This document shows, in pieces, positions 19,614 through 27,781 of a DNA stretch of 64,000 nt. Source of the stretch: Candidatus Latescibacterota bacterium. Lineage in GTDB: Bacteria > Latescibacterota > UBA2968. The DNA lies in NCBI GenBank assembly GCA_965116885.1, contig OZ220741.1:1568001-1632000 (forward strand), read 5' to 3'. The translations under genes were made by a program, and so were the position numbers. Under the pieces are notes generated by a model that was given only the letters and a program-made list of their open reading frames with translations, ran no database searches and was not told the DNA's origin. The stretch's first letter is position 1, and each line of letters opens with the position of its first letter.

Positions 19614-20252
19614 GAGACCCTCCTTCATAATGATTTCAGAAACAGTTTCAGGCGCGTAAACCAACTCGCTTAAGGTCGCCATGCATGCCAGATAATTGGC
19701 CTTGCGCGTCCGTTCTATGCGGCTCGTCTGAGCCGTGTGAATACACCGATTTAACCACGCTTCTGAGGCCATCCCCTCAGGTGGTTTCATCAATGGCGTG
19801 AAAGGAATCAGACCCGAATGCCCCGTATTTAGGATGCGTTGGCCTTCTATTTCGATCAGCCGAATCACATTGTACTGAATCACCACGCGATAGCCAAGCT
19901 GGGCTTGCTCGTAGAATCCAGGATCGCGCCGACCCGCATTGGGACGCAGGTAGATGACATTGGAATAGATCGGCAGACCGTGATGCTCAATGGCGCGTCC
20001 GATATAGCCAGCCATGCGGCGCGGCATAGGCGGATTGGTGCTGTCGGTGGTTTGAAACTCGTTATGTACCAACGCCTCTTCGTCGCCGATTCTCACGCGG
20101 ATGAAGCTATCGGCCTGTCGGGCTTCAACCGTGAGTTGCTCCGTGTCAATGACTTCAATTACCTCGATGTCGTCTCGTGCGAGGGCAAAATGTGCGAAGT
20201 GGTCGGGATAGTGTTGAATGAGGTATTTGGAGATGGTGTCAATATCTGCCAT
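19356..20252 (-). CDS. Rpn/YhgA-like PD-(D/E)XK nuclease
   Basis: RQADSF..HNEFQT...MPRRMAGY, VIYL, C-terminal EGREEGIEQG repeats. Confidence 0.85.
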   Translation of the reverse strand: MADIDTISKYLIQHYPDHFAHFALARDDIEVIEVIDTEQLTVEARQADSFIRVRIGDEEALVHNEFQTTDSTNPPMPRRMAGYIGRAIEHHGLPIYSNVIYLRPNAGRRDPGFYEQAQLGYRVVIQYNVIRLIEIEGQRILNTGHSGLIPFTPLMKPPEGMASEAWLNRCIHTAQTSRIERTRKANYLACMATLSELVYAPETVSEIIMKEGLMDLIRESSLIQYFKREGREEGIEQGERKSTIEAILEVLEIRFDLSEAHPISDRIAAIDDLQRLKQLLRAAIQVPNLEAFQRMLDA

Positions 20253-20555
20253 AAGAGATGCCCCGGATCTGAAGGTTAGCGTCTTTTTGGAATACACGCA
20301 ACTGTCAGAATCCAAAGCAAATATCAGGCCAATGTCACAGCATCGCACGACAAATGGTATGGACAGTACTTAAATACCCTTATTTATGTCTTCAATATGC
20401 TGTATTGTGCCCTTTTTTACAACCTGAATTTGTGGATTGCCTGTTTGGTGCAGAACAATATCGTGTACATTTTGAGCGATGAATGGGCGGTTATGTGAAA
20501 GATATGTGTCGCTTGACCAGGTGGCCGCGGTGGTTCTTGCGTAATCCATAACTTC

Positions 20556-20604
20556 TGGCAAATAACAAAGGCTACGTCTTTGGAGGCGTAGCCTTTTCTT
20601 ATTC
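20556..20604. repeat. 49-bp terminator-containing direct repeat, copy 1
   Basis: TGGCAAATAACAAAGGCTACG..CGTAGCCTTTTCTTATTC; 4 mismatches vs 22042-22090. Confidence 0.85.
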
Positions 20605-20654
20605 TCTGCTTCTGCACTATCCTATATTGTCTCCTAAATCAAAACACCCGACAG

Positions 20655-20876
20655 CTACCTCCGATCATCTCCTTTCTCCGTGTTTTCACTGCTGCCATTT
20701 TCACCACCACTCGGTTCGGAACCGTGTTGAGGATCTTGTGACGGGGACGGCATTGGTGGTGGAGATGGTATCGGAGCCACATTTATGGGGCGAGGCGGAC
20801 GTGATAACGGCCTATGATGTTCATCATTATGTTGCTGTACGGCTCTAACAACTCTGGTTTTGTTATTCTGCTCCAT
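20655..20876 (-). CDS. small Pro/Ser/Gly-rich disordered hypothetical protein
   Basis: AGGAG RBS, 73 aa. Confidence 0.45.
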   Translation of the reverse strand: MEQNNKTRVVRAVQQHNDEHHRPLSRPPRPINVAPIPSPPPMPSPSQDPQHGSEPSGGENGSSENTEKGDDRR

Positions 20877-20970
20877 ATTGTCTCTCCTGTGATGATCCCA
20901 TTCTTTTGTTACGCGGTGCCCCTAAACCCTTTGAAACAACATTGATTTGTGCATCATTTGTGCATATATT

Positions 20971-21027
20971 CGTCCCGCAACGCGTCGGGAAAGGAGAATA
21001 TATGAGCAAAAAAGAACATCATTTTGA
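20971..21027 (+). pseudogene. brnT: BrnT toxin C-terminal remnant
   Basis: Reads RPATRRERRIYE..., the BrnT C-terminal motif, overlapping the brnA start; the rest of the gene is absent. Confidence 0.7.
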
Positions 21028-21262
21028 GACCGCCCAACAAGGCCCTGTCGTTCAGCCACCACCCGGCAAGACGCGCATCACTATTCGCCTTGACACAGAC
21101 ATTCTGAATTGGTTTAAGAAACAGGTTCATGAAGCAGGGGGCGGAAATTATCAGACGCTTGTGAATCAGGCGCTCAGAGAACACATTCAGGCTAACAATG
21201 GCGCATTGGAACAAACACTACGCAAAGTCATTCGTGAAGAACTCGGTTCACACGCAGTCTAA
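21002..21262 (+). CDS. brnA: BrnA antitoxin family (ribbon-helix-helix)
   Basis: KTRITIRLDTDILNWFK...GGNYQTLVNQALR; AAGGAG RBS. Confidence 0.88.
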   Translation: MSKKEHHFETAQQGPVVQPPPGKTRITIRLDTDILNWFKKQVHEAGGGNYQTLVNQALREHIQANNGALEQTLRKVIREELGSHAV

Positions 21263-21359
21263 CAAATTTGCATCCCAAAAACATTTGACAATGTATAAAA
21301 TCTCGGGCTTGCCAATGGGGTGTACGTAATTCTAAAAATGAACCAAAACGAGGCCCAGT

Positions 21360-21665
21360 ATGTCATCTACAAAACGGGATTTCGAGGGTGTCCGGAAACA
21401 TCCCCATATCATCACAAATAATCAGATTTTGGGCGGAGAGCCAATTATCAAAAATACGCGCACACCTGTTCGGGCGATTATTGAAGTCTGGCGTTTGGGC
21501 ACACACCCCGAAAATATTCCAAACCACCTTCCACATTTGTCTTTGAGACAAGTTTTTGATGCCCTGAACTATTACAACGACCATCAAGAGGAAATAGAAA
21601 AATATATTGAAGAAAATCGCATTCCCAACAGATTGATCGATCCCCTGGCACACGCAACACAATGA
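21360..21665 (+). CDS. DUF433 domain antitoxin
   Basis: ILGGEPIIKNTRTPV...PHLSLRQVFDALNYY. Confidence 0.9.
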   Translation: MSSTKRDFEGVRKHPHIITNNQILGGEPIIKNTRTPVRAIIEVWRLGTHPENIPNHLPHLSLRQVFDALNYYNDHQEEIEKYIEENRIPNRLIDPLAHATQ

Positions 21666-22006
21666 GTTTATTTATTGAATTATATCTCGATGAAGATGTC
21701 GATATCCTGATAGCAGATTTACTCAAAGCTCATGACTTTTCTGCACTTACAACGAGAGATGCAGACCAGCTTCAGAATCGCGATGCAGATCAATTGGCTT
21801 ATGCAACCAGACAACAGAGGGCATTTCTTACTCATAATCGCGTTCACTCCGAGATTCTTGCCAGGTCATATTTTGAAAAAAATAAAACACATTGGGGGAT
21901 AATTATTGCGGTTCGTCGTTCACCTTACGAAATTGTGCAACGACTTTTGGGTATCTTAAATCGCGTTACAGCAGAGGAAATGATAAATCAGATCCGATAT
22001 ATCTGA
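21662..22006 (+). CDS. DUF5615 PIN-like toxin
   Basis: LYLDEDV, D..QLAYA, LTHN, HWGII; ATGA overlap with the DUF433 gene. Confidence 0.88.
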   Translation: MSLFIELYLDEDVDILIADLLKAHDFSALTTRDADQLQNRDADQLAYATRQQRAFLTHNRVHSEILARSYFEKNKTHWGIIIAVRRSPYEIVQRLLGILNRVTAEEMINQIRYI

Positions 22007-22041
22007 TATATATCGGCCGTGATGCTCAATCGCCTGTCCGA

Positions 22042-22090
22042 TGGCAAACAACAAAGGCTACGTCTTTCAAAGCGTAGCCTTTTCTTATTC
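22042..22090. repeat. 49-bp terminator-containing direct repeat, copy 2
   Basis: Near-identical to 20556-20604; bidirectional hairpin between convergent genes. Confidence 0.85.
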
Positions 22091-22104
22091 CCTATCTTGA
22101 AATC

Positions 22105-22740
22105 TTATGATCCAACATCATGTTCATCAGATTTATACCACGTAGGGCGATTACTCGCATCCCCTTCTGAAATCCATCGAAAGAGACCGTTATTCCATGT
22201 TTGTATCTCTTGGACTTGCGGATTCCAACACCACATAATTTCACCAAAATTGCGATCTCGGTTGTATTTATACAAAAAGTCTATGACATCTTCCTTGTCT
22301 CCAACAACGAGAAACCTACGAAGGCGATAGGGTCTATCACGATCTCCTTTGCAACCGCCTATATAGGCATTATTCCCACTAAGAAGTTGTTGAGCACGAA
22401 GATCGGTTTCGGTCATGGGTTCTCCGCCATCAGAAATATTCTCATCATCCGAAACAGATTTGTCTTGACTCGTATTTTCAAGACTTTCACCACAATAACG
22501 ACATTTAATCGCTTCAGCTTTAACAAGTTCAGCGCAGAAAGGACACTTTTTCATGTCACCTGTGTTAATGGCTCTCTTATCTACTTCAGTCTGATCTTCA
22601 GGAACAACCAAAGCTAAAACAATTCCGAGAGGTCCACATAGAGAGACAATAATGAACCAACCACAACCGCTTCGACCCTTATTTGAAGCTATAACAGCAC
22701 CGATTATCCCGCAAATAATCCATATAAAGAAAAATTCCAC
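22105..22740 (-). CDS. membrane protein with zinc ribbon
   Basis: Two N-terminal TMs (IASNKGRSG.GWF), KKCPFCAE...KCRYCG. Confidence 0.8.
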   Translation of the reverse strand: MEFFFIWIICGIIGAVIASNKGRSGCGWFIIVSLCGPLGIVLALVVPEDQTEVDKRAINTGDMKKCPFCAELVKAEAIKCRYCGESLENTSQDKSVSDDENISDGGEPMTETDLRAQQLLSGNNAYIGGCKGDRDRPYRLRRFLVVGDKEDVIDFLYKYNRDRNFGEIMWCWNPQVQEIQTWNNGLFRWISEGDASNRPTWYKSDEHDVGS

Positions 22741-22874
22741 ATAAAACCTCTAAAGCTATTTGTCCTTAAATGACCTCAACCAAAAAAGAACGCCGCGATT
22801 TCGCAGTTGAAAATTTGTCGTTCCAACTGCTCAACGTATGCTTTTATCCGCCGTCCCTTGTATCTCCTGATTTT

Positions 22875-24383
22875 TCAAATTTTGATTAGTTTATCGCGCC
22901 ATTTGGAATTCTCATAGTTTTTCAGACATTTGGTAATCAATGCTGCTTCTGGATAATTGCTGAGTATTTCGAGGGGTTTTTCTATATCCTCTTGATAAAA
23001 AGATTCTTTAGGTTCTGAGTCTTTTAATTTTTCATGTAAAAATTTTATCAGTTCGTCTTTCTCTTTATGTTTTGACAGAATGCACATTATCTTATTAAGT
23101 CGCCTAATTTTGAGACGGAACTTGTAATCGTCATCCAAAAAACACTCCAATAAAGCACCTCTCAACATGTCGTCAGGCCAAGCGTTAGGTTCTCCAATCC
23201 ACTGATCAAGAAAATCTACAGCGTCGCGTGCGTAGAGTGAGTCTGAGTTTCCCTCAGCGGTTTGCAAAATATTACGACCAAGTTTTCCGGCTTGATCAGC
23301 GTCCAAGTTTCCTAAGTTTTTCTCTCCATTTTGCATTATTAGTTGCATTGCTGAATTTTGGGTGTAAAAATGAAGAGACTCCAGAGCTTTTATAATCCGA
23401 TCGAAGCAGGTAGATGTTTTCAAACCCGACGCTATCAACGTTTCCATTCCACTTTTCTCAATAGCCTCTTGAAATCTGTCTTTCTGTCTATCGTTAAGCA
23501 CATTATCGTCGTACAGATACTCCAAATCATTTAGACCAGATGGTCTAATATTTGAGTTATCTATTAGGTGCGAGACGATACTATCTTGAGCACGCTGCCC
23601 AATTTCTTTGAATAATCCCGGGTGTTTTGCAAGTATTAAGCACAAAATTTGCGGATATTGTATAACGAGATTATGCCACTTATCAGCACTGTAAATGCTA
23701 CAACCTACAAGTTCTAAAAATTTGCGGAGAAACCAAGTCGCCCTGTCCGTAAATAATTTGAGACTCCAGTCGTCGGCGTCAGGCTCAACTTGTTTGATGT
23801 ACTGTTCTACAAGATAACCGTAAACATTTTTATCGAGCTTTGGTGTAATGTCTTCTGCCTGTTTGCTGACAGCGGGTTCGTAATTGTCGAGAAAGGTGGG
23901 GTTTTCCATCAGATTCTTGATCAACCAGGATACATAACCCTCTTTCAAAGTGGTAGGTTTGGATAGCACATTCTCGACTACTGTGCAGGCAGCATGTATG
24001 ACTTCTTCCACAGTGGGAGCTTCTTCATAAGGATGCCCGAAGATACAACGCATTTTATAGATATGTTCTAATTTTTCGTACGCGACATCAGATACGAAGC
24101 CATATTTTTCAGCTTCAGAGAGAATCATTTTATCGATACTCTGATGATTTTCTTCTTTATTTTTCAATTTACCAACAATTTTTCCAGCATTGTGGTCTCT
24201 GGTAGCAGCTTCTTGAAATTTACGTTTTAGAGATTCCAAACACGAAAGCCATAATAGAATGTAGGCTCCTCTTAATGCTCCAACTTGTGCAGATTTAACG
24301 GCCTCGTCAAAGAGCGGTTTATCTTCATCCTCAAGTACTCTGTTTTGATATTCAGATAAATCTGTCCCGTTCTCGTTATGCAT
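22875..24383 (-). CDS. HEPN-like domain protein with helical C-terminus
   Basis: FDEA...GALRGAYILLW first helices and R-x4-H motif (RCIFGH); AT-rich; GAGGAG RBS. Confidence 0.65.
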   Translation of the reverse strand: MHNENGTDLSEYQNRVLEDEDKPLFDEAVKSAQVGALRGAYILLWLSCLESLKRKFQEAATRDHNAGKIVGKLKNKEENHQSIDKMILSEAEKYGFVSDVAYEKLEHIYKMRCIFGHPYEEAPTVEEVIHAACTVVENVLSKPTTLKEGYVSWLIKNLMENPTFLDNYEPAVSKQAEDITPKLDKNVYGYLVEQYIKQVEPDADDWSLKLFTDRATWFLRKFLELVGCSIYSADKWHNLVIQYPQILCLILAKHPGLFKEIGQRAQDSIVSHLIDNSNIRPSGLNDLEYLYDDNVLNDRQKDRFQEAIEKSGMETLIASGLKTSTCFDRIIKALESLHFYTQNSAMQLIMQNGEKNLGNLDADQAGKLGRNILQTAEGNSDSLYARDAVDFLDQWIGEPNAWPDDMLRGALLECFLDDDYKFRLKIRRLNKIMCILSKHKEKDELIKFLHEKLKDSEPKESFYQEDIEKPLEILSNYPEAALITKCLKNYENSKWRDKLIKI

Positions 24384-24401
24384 TTAGCTCCTCTGCCTTT
24401 C

Positions 24402-24428
24402 ATCTGCGTCTATCTGCGTCATCTGCGG
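24402..24428. repeat. short ATCTGCG tandem repeat x3 at the island edge
   Basis: ATCTGCGTC-T-ATCTGCGTC-ATCTGCGG. Confidence 0.7.
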
Positions 24429-24438
24429 ATAGTGTTCA

Positions 24439-24813
24439 TCAGCGTTTTTTTCTGGTGCGGCGAATGGCGGCGATTTCTTTTTCTATCTGGTCGGAGATCC
24501 CTTGCGGTTTGGGGGCGGGACGGTCTGTGCGTTCAGCGGCTTTGTCGAGGGATTTGATGAGTTCTACTGCCTGTGCGGTATAGCGGGCGCGGGTTTGTCG
24601 GTAGTCGTCTTCTTCGACTTTTCCCATGCGATGGTCAAAGTCGAGTTCGCGGATGGCTTCATAGACCATGTCGCGCTGTTCGATCAGTTCGCGGCGGCGC
24701 GCTTCTCTGCGGGAGATCTGGTTGATGGTGTTGGCGTCGCGGGGGTCAAATAGGGGTGTGAATACAAAGAGCAAGATGCCCGCTGCGATGAGGATAAAAG
24801 CGGCAATGGTCAT
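24439..24813 (-). CDS. ccm-associated membrane protein (CcmI N-terminus-like)
   Basis: N-terminal TM ending in PL, IRELDFDHRMGKVEEDDY. Confidence 0.7.
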   Translation of the reverse strand: MTIAAFILIAAGILLFVFTPLFDPRDANTINQISRREARRRELIEQRDMVYEAIRELDFDHRMGKVEEDDYRQTRARYTAQAVELIKSLDKAAERTDRPAPKPQGISDQIEKEIAAIRRTRKKR

Positions 24814-25271
24814 TACTCGCGCTCCTTGAGGTCGCTTTCGAGGCGGTCGAGGTACGGGTCATCGCGCGCGGGTTGTGCTGCTGGTGTGGCGGGACTTTTT
24901 GTTTTTGACCAGGCGCGGAGTACGCTGCGTACGGCGAAGAATCCGATGAGAAGAACGAGAGGCGGCATAAGCCAGGCTGTGAGGTTGAAGCCTTTGGCTG
25001 GCGGTTTGGAGAGGATTTCCAGGCCAAATTCACTGATATAAGCATCGACAATGGCCTGCGGCGTTTGACCGTCGGCCAGCATTTTTTTGATGCGTTCGTG
25101 CTGTTGCTGTGCATATCCGCAGATGCATTCGTCCAGTGGTCTGCGCGGGCAGTCGCCGCACAGGCAGGCGAGTTCTTTGCCGACTTCTTTGATCTGCTCC
25201 CGGGTCACTTCGGCACGGGCGGGGATTGCGAAGAGGAGAAAAAATATTGGGATCAGGAGTGTGGGCTTCAT
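24813..25271 (-). CDS. ccmH: cytochrome c biogenesis protein CcmH
   Basis: LACLCGDC...C-x-C, FG..IL..PP..GFN..AW..P; ATGA overlap with ccmF. Confidence 0.88.
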   Translation of the reverse strand: MKPTLLIPIFFLLFAIPARAEVTREQIKEVGKELACLCGDCPRRPLDECICGYAQQQHERIKKMLADGQTPQAIVDAYISEFGLEILSKPPAKGFNLTAWLMPPLVLLIGFFAVRSVLRAWSKTKSPATPAAQPARDDPYLDRLESDLKERE

Positions 25272-27253
25272 GCCATCGCCTCCCGCATTTGCAATGCCTG
25301 TTTTTCGCGCTTGTCGGGCCACATGACGACGATGGTGCCGATTGTGATGATCCACGCGCCTATCCAGACCCACATGACGAGGGGGTTGATGTACAGGTGA
25401 AAGAGGGCGACTTCTTCGCCGTCTCGCATGTCAACGCCCTGGTAGAGTGCGTAGAGGTCTTCTCGCAAGTTGGATCGAATGGCGACTTCTGTGGTGCTTT
25501 GTTGATCTTGTCGCTTGTGATAGACCTTCTGGTGGGGCCACATGGTGCCCAATCGCTGTCCGTGTTTATAGACGCCGAGCTGGGCGACGATGTCCCAGGT
25601 GAGTGGATTGGTGGATTCGGTAATGCCTTCATACGTGAGGGTGTAGGGTCCGATGTCGGTGGATTCCATGTATTTAAGTTCGACCTGGGAATCTTTGTTG
25701 AACGCATTGCCGGTGAATCCGATGAAGAGCAGGACCACGCCAAAGTGGATGATATAACCGCCGTATCGGCGGCGATTTCGCCGGGTGAGATTGACGATGG
25801 CGCGGAGATAGGATTCGCCAGAGCTACTGCCGCGCGCCCGTGCGCCGCGGTGAAATTCGGTGATGATTGTGCCTGTGACAAAGCCGCAGAAGATGAAGGA
25901 TATGATGGCGTAGATATCGCGTACGCCGAGGGCAATGGCGACGATGCCGCAGATCAGCCCCAGGATGCTTGATCCCGTGAAGTGTTTTCTCAGACTTTTG
26001 CCCGAGGTGCGCCGCCAGGCGAGCAGCGGACCTATGCCCGTGAGTACGAGCAGGAGCAGGCCAATGGGTACCATGACGGTGTTGAAGTAGGGCGGCCCTA
26101 CGGTGATTTTGTCGCCGGTAACGGCTTCGGAGATCACGGGAAACATGACGCCCCAGAAGACGGCGAATGTGGCGGTGAGGAAGAGCAGATTGTTGAGCAA
26201 AAAACCACCTTCGCGGGAGATGGGAGATTCGTATTGGGTTCTGGTTTTGAGCAGGTCCAGGCGCGAGACGAGGAGGAGGCTTGAGAAGATGACGATCAGG
26301 ACGACGAGGACGCCAAACCAGGGACCTATGGGGGACTGGGCAAACGCGTGTACGGAGGATACGACGCCACTTCGGGTTAGGAAGGTGCCGTAGATGCACA
26401 GGGTGTAGGTGGCGATGATGAGGACCATGTTCCAGATTTTGAGCATGCCTTTTTTTTCCTGGATCATGACGGAGTGCAAGAAGGCCGTGCCGGTCAGCCA
26501 GGGTAAGAGGGCGGCGTTTTCGACCGGGTCCCAGCCCCAGTATCCGCCCCAGCCGAGGACGACATAAGCCCATTTGCCGCCGAGGAGTTGGCCCGTGCCC
26601 AGGAAGAACCAGGCGAGGAGGGTCCAGCGGCGGGTGGTGCGAATCCATTCTTCGTCAATTTGTCTGGATAAGAGGGCGGCCATTGCAAAGGCAAAGGGTA
26701 CGGTAAAGCCGACGTAGCCGTGATAGAGCATGGGGGGGTGGATGGCCATGACGGGATGGACGAGCAAGGGGTTCATGCCGGTTCCATCGGGCAGGGCGCG
26801 CGGCATGGTGACAAATGGATTTTCGTGGATGCAGATGAGCGCGAGGAAGAAGGCCAGCGTGAAGGACATGATGGCTGTGGCATAAGAGGCGAGGGGTCCG
26901 CGAAAGGCGCGGGTTTTGATGACGGCAAAGAATATGAATCCGGATAGGATCAATGCCCAGAGCAGGAGCGATCCCTGCATGCCGGACCAGACGGCTGTGA
27001 ATTTGTAACCGGTGGGCAGGTCGCGGCTGGAGTGGGTGGCGATGTAGTAGATGTCGAAGCGGTCTGTGAGGAAGAGCACTTCGAGAATGGCCATGGCAGA
27101 GAGGCAGAGTAAAAAACCCGTGAGGACCGCGCGTTCTGTGCTCAGGATGAGGCCCATTCGCCGGGTTTTGGCAGCCAAAATTGCGGCGATGACCGCATAA
27201 GCCGAGGTGAATAGGGCGAGGTAAAGGAGAAAGTTACCGAGTTGTGGGAGCAT
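25268..27253 (-). CDS. ccmF: heme lyase CcmF/NrfE
   Basis: HPPMLY, WAY..LGWGGYWGWDPVENA, SVHAFA. Confidence 0.96.
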   Translation of the reverse strand: MLPQLGNFLLYLALFTSAYAVIAAILAAKTRRMGLILSTERAVLTGFLLCLSAMAILEVLFLTDRFDIYYIATHSSRDLPTGYKFTAVWSGMQGSLLLWALILSGFIFFAVIKTRAFRGPLASYATAIMSFTLAFFLALICIHENPFVTMPRALPDGTGMNPLLVHPVMAIHPPMLYHGYVGFTVPFAFAMAALLSRQIDEEWIRTTRRWTLLAWFFLGTGQLLGGKWAYVVLGWGGYWGWDPVENAALLPWLTGTAFLHSVMIQEKKGMLKIWNMVLIIATYTLCIYGTFLTRSGVVSSVHAFAQSPIGPWFGVLVVLIVIFSSLLLVSRLDLLKTRTQYESPISREGGFLLNNLLFLTATFAVFWGVMFPVISEAVTGDKITVGPPYFNTVMVPIGLLLLVLTGIGPLLAWRRTSGKSLRKHFTGSSILGLICGIVAIALGVRDIYAIISFIFCGFVTGTIITEFHRGARARGSSSGESYLRAIVNLTRRNRRRYGGYIIHFGVVLLFIGFTGNAFNKDSQVELKYMESTDIGPYTLTYEGITESTNPLTWDIVAQLGVYKHGQRLGTMWPHQKVYHKRQDQQSTTEVAIRSNLREDLYALYQGVDMRDGEEVALFHLYINPLVMWVWIGAWIITIGTIVVMWPDKREKQALQMREAMA

Positions 27254-27268
27254 GTGTTTGGGTCTCGT

Positions 27269-27706
27269 TTATTCGTATGACGCTTTGATTTCTTCGTAGC
27301 TCTGGCTTTCGTATTTGGAGGGGCATTTGGCGAGCATGTCGTCGGCTATGAAGATGCCGTTGGGTCCGATTTTGCCTTCGAGTACGACGTCGGCTTCTTC
27401 TCGGAAGGTGTCGGGTACGACGCCGCTGTATCGGATGGTGCGTTTGCTGGCAGAGGGGTCCTGGTCGATGAGGTCAGAGATTTCAAATTCGACGGTGCGG
27501 TTGCCGTCGCGGGAGATGATGGAGCCAGGGATGACTTTGCCGGCGAGTTTGAAGCGGGTATTGGCAAATTCGGTTTCGCGCGCTTCCAGTTCGGAGACGG
27601 TGAGGTAGTACAGCGACATTTTTTCAGAGCTGTACACGACCAGAGTGAGCAAGCTGGCGACAATGACGGCAAATCCGGCGATGAATTTTATTTTTTTGGT
27701 GGTCAT
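27269..27706 (-). CDS. ccmE: heme chaperone CcmE (CxxxY variant)
   Basis: YSGVVPDTFRE, LAKCPSKY. Confidence 0.93.
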   Translation of the reverse strand: MTTKKIKFIAGFAVIVASLLTLVVYSSEKMSLYYLTVSELEARETEFANTRFKLAGKVIPGSIISRDGNRTVEFEISDLIDQDPSASKRTIRYSGVVPDTFREEADVVLEGKIGPNGIFIADDMLAKCPSKYESQSYEEIKASYE

Positions 27707-27781
27707 TTCATCCTCTGCGCTTTTTGGCTACCAATGGGGTCTCAGAAAATTAAAGATAGATAAGTCCCCCTAAATTAACAA

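Noticed and set aside
20556..22090. Integron attC cassette array
   Set aside because: The repeats look like intrinsic terminators, lack RYYYAAC/GTTRRRY ends, enclosed genes are in mixed orientation, and no intI is in the window
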